64,000 nt of DNA from Alphaproteobacteria bacterium (GTDB lineage: Bacteria; Pseudomonadota; Alphaproteobacteria; G963923945). The notes below the pieces were generated by a model. It made no database searches. It was not told the DNA's origin and worked only from the letters and a program-made list of their open reading frames with translations. Shown one piece after another: positions 1 to 10,787 of the stretch (position 1 is the first letter of the stretch; each line of letters opens with the position of its first letter). A program made the position numbers and the translations under genes. Where the stretch lies: NCBI GenBank assembly GCA_963923945.1, contig OZ000551.1, forward strand, positions 1,557,580-1,621,579, given 5' to 3'.

Positions 1-126
1 GGCCTGAATCTTCATCCATGACCAAAGGCCGCTGGCAATCAAAACCGATGGGGCGTGCTTGTCTTGAAATAACCAGGTTTTGAGTCCGTTTTGCATGACG
101 ATCCTCTTGACGGGTATCTTATCGGC

Positions 127-1107
127 ATGGCTGTTTATACTGACGTTTCGGATACGCAGTTGCATTCTTTCATCGCCCAATATGATATTGGTGCGCTGGT
201 TTCGTGCAAAGGCATCGCTGAAGGTGTTGAAAACACCAATTATCTGGTTGAAACCACTCAAGATCGTTTCATTCTCACTTTGTATGAACAGCGGGTTCAA
301 CCGGCTGATTTGCCGTTTTTTCTCGAATTGATGGAGCATCTGGCCACGGGTGGTTTTCCCTCTCCGGCCCCGGTACAGGGACGCGATGGGCAGGCTTTGC
401 GTTCGCTCTGCGGACGTCCGGCCGCTTTGATCAGTTTTTTGGATGGTCTGTGGCCGCGCCAGATTGAGACATTCCATTGTGTTGCTCTGGGTCAGGCAAT
501 GGCTGAACTGCATAAAGCGGCGGCCGATTTCCCTTTACAGAGGGGCAATGATTATTCTCTTGCCGCGTGGCCGGGTTTGGCTGATGACACGCTCAGCCAT
601 GCTGATCAGATAGAAGAGGGTCTGGCCGATTTGATTCGTGATGAGCTGGCTGTTTTAACAGCCCGCTGGCCGGGTGATTTGCCCAGCGGCATCATCCATG
701 CGGATCTGTTTCCGGATAATGTCTTTTTCATTGATGGGCGTTTTTCCGGAGTGATTGATTATTACTTCGCCTGTAATGATTTTTTGGCTTACGATCTGGC
801 CATTGGTTTGAGTGCATGGTGTTTTAATCCCGATGGCACTGTTTTCGATATCGAAAAATCAACCGGCCTTTTACGCTCTTATGCAGCAATACGTCCGCTT
901 GAGGCATCGGAAATTGAAGCCTTACCTATTCTGGCCCGGGGTGGGGCGTTGCGCTTTTTGCTGACCCGGCTCCATGATTGGTTCCAGCAACCTTCCGGTG
1001 CTTTGGTCAAGCCGAAGGATCCGCGCCACTATATTCCCCGTTTGCTGTTTCACCGTTCTGCTCAGAGTGCCGCGGCTTATGGATTTTCCGGGCAACCCCC
1101 AGCATGA
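127..1107 (+). CDS. thrB: homoserine kinase, type II (ThrB, Pseudomonas/Rhizobiales type; APH-fold)
   Basis: The ORF track gives 91..1107. The translation contains MAVYTDVSD...YLVETT...[11 protein letters not shown], typical of type-II homoserine kinase. The conserved N-terminus begins at MAVYTDV, which puts the likely start at ATG 127. Stop codon overlaps the rnhA start (ATGA). Confidence 0.8.
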   Translation: MAVYTDVSDTQLHSFIAQYDIGALVSCKGIAEGVENTNYLVETTQDRFILTLYEQRVQPADLPFFLELMEHLATGGFPSPAPVQGRDGQALRSLCGRPAALISFLDGLWPRQIETFHCVALGQAMAELHKAAADFPLQRGNDYSLAAWPGLADDTLSHADQIEEGLADLIRDELAVLTARWPGDLPSGIIHADLFPDNVFFIDGRFSGVIDYYFACNDFLAYDLAIGLSAWCFNPDGTVFDIEKSTGLLRSYAAIRPLEASEIEALPILARGGALRFLLTRLHDWFQQPSGALVKPKDPRHYIPRLLFHRSAQSAAAYGFSGQPPA

Positions 1108-1571
1108 AGACGGTTGTCGATATTTTTACCGATGGAGCCTGTTCGGGAAATCCTGGCCCAGGCGGTTGGGGGGTTGTGTTGCGGGCCCAAGGCCACAGGA
1201 AAGAAATCTTCGGCGGGGCTTTGGATACCACCAACAACCGCATGGAATTGACTGCAGCGATTGAAGGACTTTCAATTCTCAAATATCCCAGCTATGTCCG
1301 TCTTCATACCGACAGCCTCTATCTACGTGATGGAATCACCAAATGGCTGCCGACCTGGAAAGTCCGGGGCTGGAAAACAGCCGCCAAGAAACCGGTCAAA
1401 AATAAGGACCTCTGGCTGCGTCTTGATGTGGCAATCAGCCGCCATCACATCGAATGGTTTTGGGTGAAGGGTCATGCCGGGCATCCAGATAATGAACAAG
1501 CTGACCTCTTGGCCCGGCGTGGTGCTTCTGAGGCTGTTGTACACGCCCACCCCCCAAGCCCGTCTGCTTAA
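1104..1571 (+). CDS. rnhA: ribonuclease HI
   Basis: Translation [23 protein letters not shown]...[15 protein letters not shown] matches the RNase H catalytic core (DEDD). The internal start at 1104 overlaps the thrB stop. The track ORF 978..1571 extends upstream into the thrB frame. Confidence 0.85.
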   Translation: MKTVVDIFTDGACSGNPGPGGWGVVLRAQGHRKEIFGGALDTTNNRMELTAAIEGLSILKYPSYVRLHTDSLYLRDGITKWLPTWKVRGWKTAAKKPVKNKDLWLRLDVAISRHHIEWFWVKGHAGHPDNEQADLLARRGASEAVVHAHPPSPSA

Positions 1572-2056
1572 TACGGAAGAGTGTTTAGAAAATCGGACGC
1601 CGAACTGACATTCATTTCGTGGTTGCCTTCGTCGCGTATCACCTGGATCACCCCATCTTCGGCATAAAGGACATAGCGGTTGGAGCGGACCCCCAAACCA
1701 ATCACCGAGAGGTCAAGAGTGGCACCCATCGCCCGGGTAAAAGCCCCGGTCCCATCAGAGAGCATGGTGATACGATCACCAACCCCCAACGCTTTTCCCC
1801 ATGCCGCCATAACGAAGGCATCATTGACCGCCAAGCAGGCCATCACATCGACCCCTTTGGCGAAAAAATCCTTGGCTTTTTCGATATAGCCTGGCAGATG
1901 CTGCTCATGACATATCGGGGTAAAAGGACCCGGAACAGCGATGAGGATTGCTTTTTTCCCGGCGAAAAAGTCATGGCTGGATACGGCGGTGGGTCCCTCT
2001 TTTTTCAAATAAAACAGGGTTTCTGAGGGTATGCGGTCTCCCGCGGCAACAGTCAT
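1568..2056 (-). CDS. peroxiredoxin (AhpC/TSA, Prx5-like)
   Basis: Translation contains the PGPFTPIC peroxidatic Cys motif, and the length (about 160 aa) fits a PrxV-type peroxiredoxin. It ends convergently against rnhA. Confidence 0.75.
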   Translation of the reverse strand: MTVAAGDRIPSETLFYLKKEGPTAVSSHDFFAGKKAILIAVPGPFTPICHEQHLPGYIEKAKDFFAKGVDVMACLAVNDAFVMAAWGKALGVGDRITMLSDGTGAFTRAMGATLDLSVIGLGVRSNRYVLYAEDGVIQVIRDEGNHEMNVSSASDFLNTLPY

Positions 2057-2244
2057 CATTCGGTCATCCTCACAAGAAAAACAATTCTATGTCTGAAATT
2101 GATATCACGGGAGAAATGGATATCACAAATGAAAAGGCGGCTTAAAAAAATTACCCATAAAAGATCTGTCTTCATTCTTCATGAAAACCGATGGATATCA
2201 CCATGCATGGGATTATTTTCACCGGACTTAAAAAACATATATGT

Positions 2245-4461
2245 TCATTCCGAGCCGGTTGGTACACGTGCCTGATCAAGAGCGGTGTTGAGCGCGTTAA
2301 GGGTTAATAATTCCGGCAATAGGATTCCAGCCGGGGCACCCGGGCCATAAACAATATTAAACGGAATGCCGTAACGGCCATAGGCGGCCAGATAATCACT
2401 GATAATCGGGTTGGGACGGGTCCAATCGGCGCGTATTGCCAGAATTTTGTTCTGCTCAATCAAGGTTTCGATTGCCGGATTCTCTAAGACCAAATGCTTA
2501 TTGACTTGGCATGTCAAACACCAATCGGCTGTGACATCGACCAAGATGGTCTCTCCTGCGGCCACCTGCTGATCAAGCCAAACCGGATCAAACGGGTGCC
2601 ATGTATCGGCAAGATCACCACCGATATGGTCGGTTGTTATGCTCTTATAGTCTTTCAGGTTGGCAACAGTGATGATTGCGGCGATGCTGCATAGAATTCC
2701 CACCCAATGCCCAGCCCGCCGCATGATATTGGGCTGTTTTTTACCCAAAATAGTTGTTCTGGACGCAACTGCCAGCCCCAAAATCAGACCGGTTAAAAAG
2801 ATTCCGGTCACAACAGCAACCATGATGCCGCTTTGCGCCGCAATGACAGTGATCAACCAGAGGGCGGTTGCCGTCAATAAAATACCCAAAATCAATTTGA
2901 AGCGGTTCATCCACGCCCCTGGCTTTGGCAACCATCGGGCGGTAATCGGGAAAAAAGCCAAGAGCAGATAGGGGGTCGAAAAACCCACCCCCAAGGTTAT
3001 AAAAACCGCCAGAATGTCCCCGGCATCGCCAGCCAGCGCGAAACCAACCGCTGTGCCGAGGAAGGGGGCCGAACACGGTGTTGCCAGAAGAGTGGCAAAA
3101 GCCCCGGTCGCAAAATGACCCAGCCAGCCTTGTTCCTGTTTCCCTGTCGGCAAGCGGTCAAGCAGAAAGCGTGGCGCGGCAATCGGCAACCACCCCCATA
3201 AATTACAGGCGAATGCTGTCACAATCACCGCCATTGTAGCCAAAAAAATCGGCTGCTGAAACTGGAGGCCCCAGCCAATACGTTGACCCCCGACTTGAAG
3301 CATAATCAGACCCAGGGCCAAAACCACAAAAGAAGCCATAATTCCCGATGCTGTTGCCAAAAACCGCATCCGTGATGACATCCCATCGGCATGATCAATG
3401 ATGCTGAGGATTTTGAGGGATAAGACCGGTAACACGCAGGGCATGAGGTTGAGAATCAAGCCACCCAAAAAAGCCAAAACCAAGATGACCGCCAAACCGG
3501 TTTTTGTGTCGGTTGATGCACCGACTTGAATATCCCGCTCCCAGGCCCGCTGGCCATCAACCAGAGTCGCTTTGAGATCGGCATCAACAAAAGAAGCAAC
3601 CCCGCCAGCAGTGAAGGTGAATTGAACCCGCCGCCCGCCTTCTGATTGTGTGGTTGCTGGCTGGGAAAACCAGGTTCCAGCAGCCCCCTCAAGAAACAGG
3701 TCCGGTTCTTGGAAAGGCTCGGGAGAGCGGATTCCCACTTGCAAAGTAACCGTATCGGTTGCTTCATCGGGTGCCACCTCCTGAATGGTGATGTTGGGTG
3801 GAGATTGCGGACTTCCCACCACCGGCAAAGCCGCCCGATAACGGTCAATCAATGGCGATTCCGGGGTGGGCTGCGATGGTCCTGGCGGCACCACCAAAGA
3901 GACATTTTGTTGCACCGGAATGCAAATTTCCTCACAGACCAAATAATCAACCACGGCGTTGACCGATAGCGGAAGATCCGGATTAACCACGCGCAAATTG
4001 AGGGGTAAAATCACCTCATTTTCATAGCCAATGGTCTGGAGACCATGATCAAAATAGCGTTTAGGGGCTGGCCACAGGAGATCGGCCGCAGCGAGATTCT
4101 CTGATCCGGACCAATCCACCATCGGCGGATATCCGGCATCTCCTGGCGAACGCCAATATGTTTTCCAACCCCGGGCCAAGCGAAACCGCAGGCCAGCCAT
4201 GACCGGTTCGTTTCCAGGATTGGATATCCCAATGGCTGTTTGGGCGGCGATGAGATCAACCCGGCTGATCGTGTTGCTGGTCAGTGGGTTCTGCCCGCTC
4301 GCCCCACGCACCGTGCCATCACCACCAGCTGCATTGCTCATCGACCAAAAGAAAGCCAGCAAAACCGCCAAGCCAAAGAAAAACGCTAAAGCGGAATCCG
4401 TGCGGTCCTTTAAGGCTTTCAAACTGTTCTTATCGTACAAAAATGTCTTTACACACCGCAT
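2245..4461 (-). CDS. protein-disulfide reductase DsbD/ScsB family (N-terminal DsbD-alpha-like domain, polytopic TM core, C-terminal thioredoxin domain with WCLTC)
   Basis: The 738-aa ORF has an N-terminal periplasmic domain with Cys pairs, about 8 TM helices in the middle with two conserved Cys, and a C-terminal thioredoxin fold with CxxC (ADWCLTCQVN). Confidence 0.7.
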   Translation of the reverse strand: MRCVKTFLYDKNSLKALKDRTDSALAFFFGLAVLLAFFWSMSNAAGGDGTVRGASGQNPLTSNTISRVDLIAAQTAIGISNPGNEPVMAGLRFRLARGWKTYWRSPGDAGYPPMVDWSGSENLAAADLLWPAPKRYFDHGLQTIGYENEVILPLNLRVVNPDLPLSVNAVVDYLVCEEICIPVQQNVSLVVPPGPSQPTPESPLIDRYRAALPVVGSPQSPPNITIQEVAPDEATDTVTLQVGIRSPEPFQEPDLFLEGAAGTWFSQPATTQSEGGRRVQFTFTAGGVASFVDADLKATLVDGQRAWERDIQVGASTDTKTGLAVILVLAFLGGLILNLMPCVLPVLSLKILSIIDHADGMSSRMRFLATASGIMASFVVLALGLIMLQVGGQRIGWGLQFQQPIFLATMAVIVTAFACNLWGWLPIAAPRFLLDRLPTGKQEQGWLGHFATGAFATLLATPCSAPFLGTAVGFALAGDAGDILAVFITLGVGFSTPYLLLAFFPITARWLPKPGAWMNRFKLILGILLTATALWLITVIAAQSGIMVAVVTGIFLTGLILGLAVASRTTILGKKQPNIMRRAGHWVGILCSIAAIITVANLKDYKSITTDHIGGDLADTWHPFDPVWLDQQVAAGETILVDVTADWCLTCQVNKHLVLENPAIETLIEQNKILAIRADWTRPNPIISDYLAAYGRYGIPFNIVYGPGAPAGILLPELLTLNALNTALDQARVPTGSE

Positions 4462-4541
4462 TATTTTGGGGATTCTTCAAAGGTAAGACCAACAATTAGG
4501 TAGCATAGCATGTTTATCTGAAACATTTTGAACATTGAGTT

Positions 4542-5117
4542 TTGATTATGGGACATGACGCAGAGGTCGGTTTAACCGGGCAGGTTTTGGTGGCGATGCC
4601 ACAAATGGAAGATGAGCGCTTTGCTCGTTCGGTTGTTTATATTGTTGCTCATTCGCAAAACGGGGCGATGGGTTTGGTCCTTAACCGGCTGGTTGAGGCG
4701 GTATCTTTTCCGTCTCTGCTCGAACAGCTTGGCGTTGAATGCACGGCTTTGGATGCGGCTCCCAATATTCATTTTGGTGGTCCGGTCGAAACCCAGCGCG
4801 GCTTTGTCTTGCACTCAGCCGATTATCGCCAAGAATCAACGGTTGATATCCGATCGTCAATCTGTATTACCGCGACAGTTGAGATTTTGCGCGATATCGC
4901 CGATGGCTGTGGTCCGGAATGCTCTATCTTGGCTCTTGGTTATGCCGGATGGGCCCCTGGGCAGTTAGAAACCGAAATTCAGCGTAATGGCTGGCTCCAT
5001 GTGCCTGCCGATACCGACTTGGTTTTTCACACCCAGGTTCCAAAAATGTGGCAACAAGCCATTGCCAAAATGGGCTTTGATCCCTCAATGCTTTCGGCTC
5101 AATCTGGTCACGCGTAA
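4542..5117 (+). CDS. YqgE/AlgH family protein (UPF0301)
   Basis: The 191-aa product has an N-terminus GQVLVAMPQMEDERFARSVVYIV...GLVLNR characteristic of YqgE/AlgH. It is divergent from the dsbD-like gene. Confidence 0.65.
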   Translation: MIMGHDAEVGLTGQVLVAMPQMEDERFARSVVYIVAHSQNGAMGLVLNRLVEAVSFPSLLEQLGVECTALDAAPNIHFGGPVETQRGFVLHSADYRQESTVDIRSSICITATVEILRDIADGCGPECSILALGYAGWAPGQLETEIQRNGWLHVPADTDLVFHTQVPKMWQQAIAKMGFDPSMLSAQSGHA

Positions 5118-5150
5118 CCAGCCTTTACGCGCTTGAAATTATATTATTTG
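5111..5150 (+). terminator. putative rho-independent terminator after the yqgE-like gene
   Basis: The inverted repeat cgcgtaa-ccagcct-ttacgcg (5111-5131) overlaps the TAA stop and is followed by a T-rich run (cttgaaattatattattt). It lies in the convergent gap with the GNAT gene. Confidence 0.45.
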
Positions 5151-5792
5151 AGCTTGATCCAACCGGTGGGCAACATCTGAAAATAACACGGCAAAAGTTT
5201 GGTGATCTTGCCAACGGCCATTGATCTTAAGATAAGAACGCGCCAGTCCTTCCGGTTGAAATCCGGTCGCGAGTAAGGCTTTACGGCTTGCCTGATTGTT
5301 CAAAAGGCAGGCCGCTTCAATCCGGTGTAGATCCAGATAATGGAAGCAGAATTTAAGGCCAGCGGTCAGAGCCTCACGCATATAGCCTTGACGACTATGC
5401 GGCTGGCCCAGCCAATAGCCAAAATTAGCCGATTGGACAATCCCGCGACGCACATTGTTAATGTTCAAGGCACCCAGCAAGCACCCATCATCTCGGCGGA
5501 AAATAAAGAAACTATAAGATCGTCCCTGTTGCCAGTCCTGCCTATAGGTGGACAAGCGCTGCCGGTATGATCCCTCGGTGAGGTCATTCTTTCCCCAACG
5601 TGGTTCCCAGGGTATTAAAAAATCCCGTGATAATTGGCGCAGTTCAGACCAAGAGTGCCAATCCTTGATCGTGGGTGGACGTAGAAAAATTCGCCGACAA
5701 CGCACACGAATGGCGGGCAACCGGTTATGACGTGGCTGAAGAAAACGGGAGAGGGAAAAGGGTCTGGCGGATGCTGTATCGCCCTGCGCCAT
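5139..5792 (-). CDS. GNAT family N-acetyltransferase (RimJ/RimL-like)
   Basis: The 217-aa translation has a GNAT core (…FGYWLGQPHSRQGYMREALTAGLKF…) typical of ribosomal-protein-alanine acetyltransferase-like enzymes. Confidence 0.6.
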   Translation of the reverse strand: MAQGDTASARPFSLSRFLQPRHNRLPAIRVRCRRIFLRPPTIKDWHSWSELRQLSRDFLIPWEPRWGKNDLTEGSYRQRLSTYRQDWQQGRSYSFFIFRRDDGCLLGALNINNVRRGIVQSANFGYWLGQPHSRQGYMREALTAGLKFCFHYLDLHRIEAACLLNNQASRKALLATGFQPEGLARSYLKINGRWQDHQTFAVLFSDVAHRLDQAQII

Positions 5793-5845
5793 ATGATGAT
5801 CCTTATTCTATGAATATCGTCATATTGATTGTGATGACCTCATGG

Positions 5846-7108
5846 TTATTTGGCAAGTGCGCCGATGATCTTGTCTGCTTTGGCTAGATTACCAGATGGA
5901 CCCATCGCGACCAAGGTTGGGGCGGTTGAGAAGACTCGCTCTAAAGCCGCGCAGACGTCTTTTTTCTCAACCGCTTCGACGCGCTGTGTGAGTTCTTCAA
6001 CCCCAAGGGGCCGCCCATGAACCAGAATATGTTGACAATTTTGTTCACAACGTTGATGGGTGCTTTCCCGGGCCATCAACAACCCGGCTTTGATTTGGGC
6101 TTTGGCTCGGTCAAGGGCCGCAGTCTCAATATGATCACAGGACTGTTTGAATTCATTGCAGGTCACATCCAGAACCTCCTGGCCGCTTTCGCCGCCGGTT
6201 CCGGCATAGACACCAAAAATACCGCTATCGGCATAGGATGCCGAAAAGGCATAAATGCTGTAGACCAAACCACGCTTTTCGCGCACTTCCTGAAATAAAT
6301 TGGATGACATGCCACCGCCTAAAATCGCCGCCCCTAAGTTAAGAGCATAATAATCCCGGTCAGTATGCGACACCCCCTGGAATCCCAAAACCAAGTGCAG
6401 TTGTTCGAGTTCTTGGCGATCACGAATATCCATACCGCCGACATAACGAGCCGACGGTCGCTTGGCCGGGGGCGTAGTCGGTATGGTGCCGAATCTGTCC
6501 CGGGCCAAAGAGAGAAAATCTTCATGATCAATCCGGCCACAAGCCGCAATAATCATCCGTGAGGGGGCGTATGTTTTATCCATAAAACTTTGTAAGAAAG
6601 GCCGGGGTAAGCCACGAATGATCTCAGAGCGACCCAAAATCGGCCACCCCATCGCTTGATCGGGAAATGCCGCTTCTTGAAAAGTATCGAATACAGCGTC
6701 ATCCGGCGTGTCAGCGCAGAGGCCAATTTCTTGGAGAATGACATGACGCTCACGTTCTAAATCGGTCTCATCAAACACCGAATTGCGCAAAATATCAGCC
6801 AGAATATCAATCCCCAGCCGAACATCTTCCCGCAGCATTTTGGTGTAATACACCGTGCTCTCCCGGGAGGTGTAAGCATTGGCATGGCCGCCGACATTTT
6901 CAATCGCTTTGGCGATATCCAGGGCTGTGCGTTGTTTGGTTCCCTTGAAAGCCATATGTTCGAGAAAATGGGCAACCCCGTTATTTTCCGCCCATTCATC
7001 GCGTGTCCCGGCACCAACCCATACCCCGGCGGTGACCGACTCAACCGAATCCACCCGGTCCGTGATAACCCGCACGCCGTTATCCAGCTCGGTCATATTG
7101 AGAGTCAT
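5846..7108 (-). CDS. M16 family (pitrilysin-like) zinc peptidase
   Basis: Carries the HxxEH inverted zinc-binding motif (HFLEHMAFKGT) near the N-terminus. The 420-aa length is typical of the alphaproteobacterial M16 peptidase found next to thrC. Confidence 0.75.
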   Translation of the reverse strand: MTLNMTELDNGVRVITDRVDSVESVTAGVWVGAGTRDEWAENNGVAHFLEHMAFKGTKQRTALDIAKAIENVGGHANAYTSRESTVYYTKMLREDVRLGIDILADILRNSVFDETDLERERHVILQEIGLCADTPDDAVFDTFQEAAFPDQAMGWPILGRSEIIRGLPRPFLQSFMDKTYAPSRMIIAACGRIDHEDFLSLARDRFGTIPTTPPAKRPSARYVGGMDIRDRQELEQLHLVLGFQGVSHTDRDYYALNLGAAILGGGMSSNLFQEVREKRGLVYSIYAFSASYADSGIFGVYAGTGGESGQEVLDVTCNEFKQSCDHIETAALDRAKAQIKAGLLMARESTHQRCEQNCQHILVHGRPLGVEELTQRVEAVEKKDVCAALERVFSTAPTLVAMGPSGNLAKADKIIGALAK

Positions 7109-7121
7109 GGCATTTCCTTTT

Positions 7122-8522
7122 TCATGCTGTTGCCGTTGATGTCACATGATCGCGCATATAATTTTTTACCGCGGCGGCATCATTGGGGAATGGGGTGTAT
7201 TTTTCCTCTCCAGCAATCGCTTTTTGCAAAATCTCTGGCATCTCGGGATCTCGTCCCAAGGCCTGCTGAATCGCTTGGGGAAATTTAGCCGGATGGGCGG
7301 TCGCCAGGGCAACAATCGGCCCATCGCGGCGGCGGGTTTCGGCTGCCGCCACCCCAATCGCCGTATGGGGATCAAGGATGGAGCCGGTTTCGGCATAAAT
7401 CTGGGCAATCACCGCTAACGTTTGGTGATCATCGGCCCGAAACCCGTGAAATACTTCCAAGCAAGCCTCCCATGATGCGGCATCAAAACAGACGGCCCCA
7501 TCGCAGCGAAAATCACTCATTAATCTGGCCACCGCTCCACCATCGCGGTCAAGAAGGTCGTAGATCAAGCGCTCAAAATTACTCGAAATTTGGATATCCA
7601 TACTCGGCGAAAGGGTGTGGCTGAGTTCCGCAACCCGCATGTCACCGCTTTCAAAAGTACGGGTCAAAATATCATTGCTGTTGCTGCCGACAATCAATTC
7701 AGCAATCGGCAACCCCATTTGCCGGGCGCAATAGCCAGCATAAACATTGCCAAAATTGCCTGTTGGTACGGAAAAACCAACCGCGCGGTCCGGGCCACCC
7801 AAGCAAGACAGCGCGCGGGCATAATAAACAATCTGGATCATAATACGCGCCCAATTAATCGAATTGACCGCCGCCAAAGCCATGTCATGACGAAAATCAG
7901 CATCGGCAAACAAGGTTTTCACAATATCTTGGCAGTCATCAAAACTGCCATCAATGGCGATATTATGAACATTGTCAGCCTGTATTGTGGTCATCTGGCG
8001 GCGCTGAATATCGCTGCATCGTCCTTCTGGATGCAGGATGACGATATCCAGGGCTGAGCGATTGATACAAGCGGCAATCGCCGCCGATCCGGTATCCCCA
8101 GATGTGGCCCCCAAGATGGTCGCCCGCGCACCACGGCGAGTCAGGATATGATCAAACAGACGCCCAACCACCTGCAGAGCATAGTCCTTAAAAGCCAATG
8201 TTGGGCCATGAAACAATTCCATCAACCAAACATCATCCCCCATCTGCCACAGGGGTGCGATGGCCGGATGACGAAAATCACGGTATGAGTCGGCCAAAAT
8301 TTCTGCGTAATCATCTTCATGGATGGAGCCGATAACATAAGGCCAAGTCACACGAAAAGCCGCATCGGCATAGCTAAGACCACGTAAGGAAGCAATCTCA
8401 TCCCGGCTCAAAATCGGCCATTCTTGAGGCACATAAAGGCCCCCATCCTCAGCCAACCCGGTGAGGAGGACATCGGCAAAGCCAAGATCAGCAGCCGCCC
8501 CCCGGCTGCTGGTATAGGTCAT
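7122..8522 (-). CDS. thrC: threonine synthase
   Basis: The track ORF runs to 8561, but the conserved start MTYTSSRG is at 8522; this avoids a 26-nt overlap with the upstream carboxypeptidase. PLP-dependent threonine synthase motifs are present (…SGSFKDY…). Confidence 0.85.
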   Translation of the reverse strand: MTYTSSRGAAADLGFADVLLTGLAEDGGLYVPQEWPILSRDEIASLRGLSYADAAFRVTWPYVIGSIHEDDYAEILADSYRDFRHPAIAPLWQMGDDVWLMELFHGPTLAFKDYALQVVGRLFDHILTRRGARATILGATSGDTGSAAIAACINRSALDIVILHPEGRCSDIQRRQMTTIQADNVHNIAIDGSFDDCQDIVKTLFADADFRHDMALAAVNSINWARIMIQIVYYARALSCLGGPDRAVGFSVPTGNFGNVYAGYCARQMGLPIAELIVGSNSNDILTRTFESGDMRVAELSHTLSPSMDIQISSNFERLIYDLLDRDGGAVARLMSDFRCDGAVCFDAASWEACLEVFHGFRADDHQTLAVIAQIYAETGSILDPHTAIGVAAAETRRRDGPIVALATAHPAKFPQAIQQALGRDPEMPEILQKAIAGEEKYTPFPNDAAAVKNYMRDHVTSTATA

Positions 8523-8535
8523 GGGCTTTAATGAT

Positions 8536-10056
8536 TTACCCGGCATTGTTTTGCCCATCATGGAGATAGCGATGGGTCAGATGCCGCTTATAAGATTCGG
8601 CATCCAGAGGACGACCGGTGGCCCGCACCATTAAATCAGCACTTGAATAGCGTGATCCCCAAACATGGATATGGGTGCGCATCCAGTTGGTCAAATCAGT
8701 AAAATCCCCGCGACCGAGTTTGGTCATCAAATCCGGTTGATCATGGCAAGCAGCCTGGAACAACTGAGCGGCCGTCATCGCACCCAAAACATATGTGGGA
8801 AAATAGCCCCATAACCCTTCATACCAATGGATATCTTGTAGGCAGCCTTCTTGATCATTGGTTGGCCGATAGCCGACCAGACGTTTCATGCCATCGCGCC
8901 AGGCTATGGGCAGATCCGCCGGGGGGAGATCACCCGAGAGGATCGCTTTTTCCAGCTGGTAGCGCAGAATAACATGCGCTGGATATGTCACTTCATCAGC
9001 ATCAACCCGGATTGCTGAAGGTTGAACCCGGGTTGCCAAACGATAAAAATTGGCCGCCGACCAGGCCGGACCATCCTGGCCGAATAGATTGCCGGCTAAA
9101 GGAGCCAGAAAATCCATAAATTGGCGACTCCGGCAGGCCTGCATTTCTACCGACAAGGACTGACTTTCATGCAGGCTCATCCCGCGGGCTGATCCCACCG
9201 GCTGGCGTCGCCACTGATTGGGCAGACCCATTTCATAAAGGGCATGGCCGGTCTCATGAAGGACGGCCATGATTGCTTGCGTGAAATCATTCTCATCATA
9301 ACGCACGGTAATCCGCACATCATCACTGCCACCGCCACAAAACGGATGCAGGCTATCATCAAGGCTGCCGCGCTTGAAATCAAAACCGGCTGCCGTCATA
9401 AGTTCGGTAGCCAGACGGCGTTGATGGTCAATCGGGAAGGGTCCTGAAGGCGTCAGGGGCGGTGGGCGGGCTGCTTGCGCCTCCATCACTTGCGGGATAA
9501 ATCCCGATAAGAATGTTTCAAGATCAGCAAACAGATCATCAATATCAACAACCCGCATCCCGGGTTCCCAGCGGTCAATCAAGGCGTCATAGGTGCCGCA
9601 GCCAAAAGCGGCGGCTTTGGCTTGAGCGGCTTGGCGGGTGAGATCAACGAGATGAGAAAAATCGGCTAAGACCGCTTTGAAATCATCATTCTTGCGGGCA
9701 GATCGCCAAACCGCTTCACAGGCTGAGGCGGCCTTGGCTAGGGCAGCAACCAAATCACTCGGGACAGCGGTCGCATGCGCCACCAGGCGTTCCATTTCCC
9801 GCAGGTTGGCCCGTTGCCAGTCTCCAAGAGTCGTATCGCTCTGGGCTTGGGCCAAATATCCGCCCAGTGCCGGACCAGTGAGAATATCGTGAGCCAGCAT
9901 CTTAATCGTGGCCAGCTGTTCGCCGCGCACTTTGGCCGCGGCAAGCGGCATATGGGTTGCGGCATCCCAATGGAGAATTGATTCAATCTCGCTATAAACC
10001 CCTGCTTGGCCAAACGCGGCTTCCAACGCCGCGTAGCCTCTTAAATCCGGCATCAA
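8536..10056 (-). CDS. carboxypeptidase Taq-like metallopeptidase (M32 family)
   Basis: The 506-aa product carries the HETGHALYE zinc motif (HExxH) and M32-family C-terminal motifs (IRVDADEVTY). Confidence 0.8.
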   Translation of the reverse strand: MMPDLRGYAALEAAFGQAGVYSEIESILHWDAATHMPLAAAKVRGEQLATIKMLAHDILTGPALGGYLAQAQSDTTLGDWQRANLREMERLVAHATAVPSDLVAALAKAASACEAVWRSARKNDDFKAVLADFSHLVDLTRQAAQAKAAAFGCGTYDALIDRWEPGMRVVDIDDLFADLETFLSGFIPQVMEAQAARPPPLTPSGPFPIDHQRRLATELMTAAGFDFKRGSLDDSLHPFCGGGSDDVRITVRYDENDFTQAIMAVLHETGHALYEMGLPNQWRRQPVGSARGMSLHESQSLSVEMQACRSRQFMDFLAPLAGNLFGQDGPAWSAANFYRLATRVQPSAIRVDADEVTYPAHVILRYQLEKAILSGDLPPADLPIAWRDGMKRLVGYRPTNDQEGCLQDIHWYEGLWGYFPTYVLGAMTAAQLFQAACHDQPDLMTKLGRGDFTDLTNWMRTHIHVWGSRYSSADLMVRATGRPLDAESYKRHLTHRYLHDGQNNAG

Positions 10057-10067
10057 TCAATCATCCG

Positions 10068-10787
10068 TTAGGAATCTTTTCGGGTCGAATAAACAATAAA
10101 AACGCCAATCAGACCCAAAGCCAAGGCGAACCAAGTCAGCGCATATTGGAGATGGTCATTGGGTAAATATATTTTGGTTTGCCCACCCATAGGGAAACCG
10201 CCAGGATTGGCCTGAGGACCAGCATCAAGATAAAAATTTCCTAAATCATCCGTACCGGCATAGGGAGACATGGCCGCCAGATCAATATAAAACCAGAAAT
10301 CTTCTTCCGGTCGATTATCCGGAACGAAAGGACCCGGGCGGCCATCTTGACGAATGACAGCTTCAATATCGACCATGCCTTCAACCTGGCCATCCATCCG
10401 GGTTGCTGGGTCTTTCAACTCCAAAGGTACCCAACCGCGATTAACCAACAAGACCCGACCATCGTCGGTCTCCAGAGGGGTCAAAACATGATAACCCGGA
10501 TTCCCGCGCGGGCTGAGCGCCCCTCTATACATCTCCCGATCATGGCGAAACGTCCCACGCAGCTGCACCCGACGATAAGAGTCATGAGCAGGATCACTCA
10601 CCATCACCAGGGGAACGGCCGCTTGCTCAAACGCTGCACTACGTTCAGCAATCAGCTGTTCTTTCCAGGACAGCCGTTGCAGTTGCCATACGCCCAGACC
10701 AATGGTCACCACCAAGCCAACCAATGTTGCCAGAGTGAACCCTAACGGGGGTTGAAAAACATAGCCTTTGAAACGCATGACTCTCAT
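10068..10787 (-). CDS. surf1: SURF1 family cytochrome oxidase assembly protein
   Basis: The 239-aa product has an N-terminal TM followed by a SURF1 core (…NRGWVP…) and a C-terminal TM. It sits immediately downstream of the cta genes. Confidence 0.75.
   Translation of the reverse strand: MRVMRFKGYVFQPPLGFTLATLVGLVVTIGLGVWQLQRLSWKEQLIAERSAAFEQAAVPLVMVSDPAHDSYRRVQLRGTFRHDREMYRGALSPRGNPGYHVLTPLETDDGRVLLVNRGWVPLELKDPATRMDGQVEGMVDIEAVIRQDGRPGPFVPDNRPEEDFWFYIDLAAMSPYAGTDDLGNFYLDAGPQANPGGFPMGGQTKIYLPNDHLQYALTWFALALGLIGVFIVYSTRKDS

Noticed and set aside
974-1282. Alternative ORFs (974-1264 plus, 1007-1282 minus) around the thrB/rnhA junction
   Set aside because: They are out of frame with the well-supported thrB and rnhA products and have no homology signal.
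9177-9447. Small ORFs inside the M32 carboxypeptidase gene
   Set aside because: They are contained within the conserved HExxH peptidase frame on either strand and are spurious.
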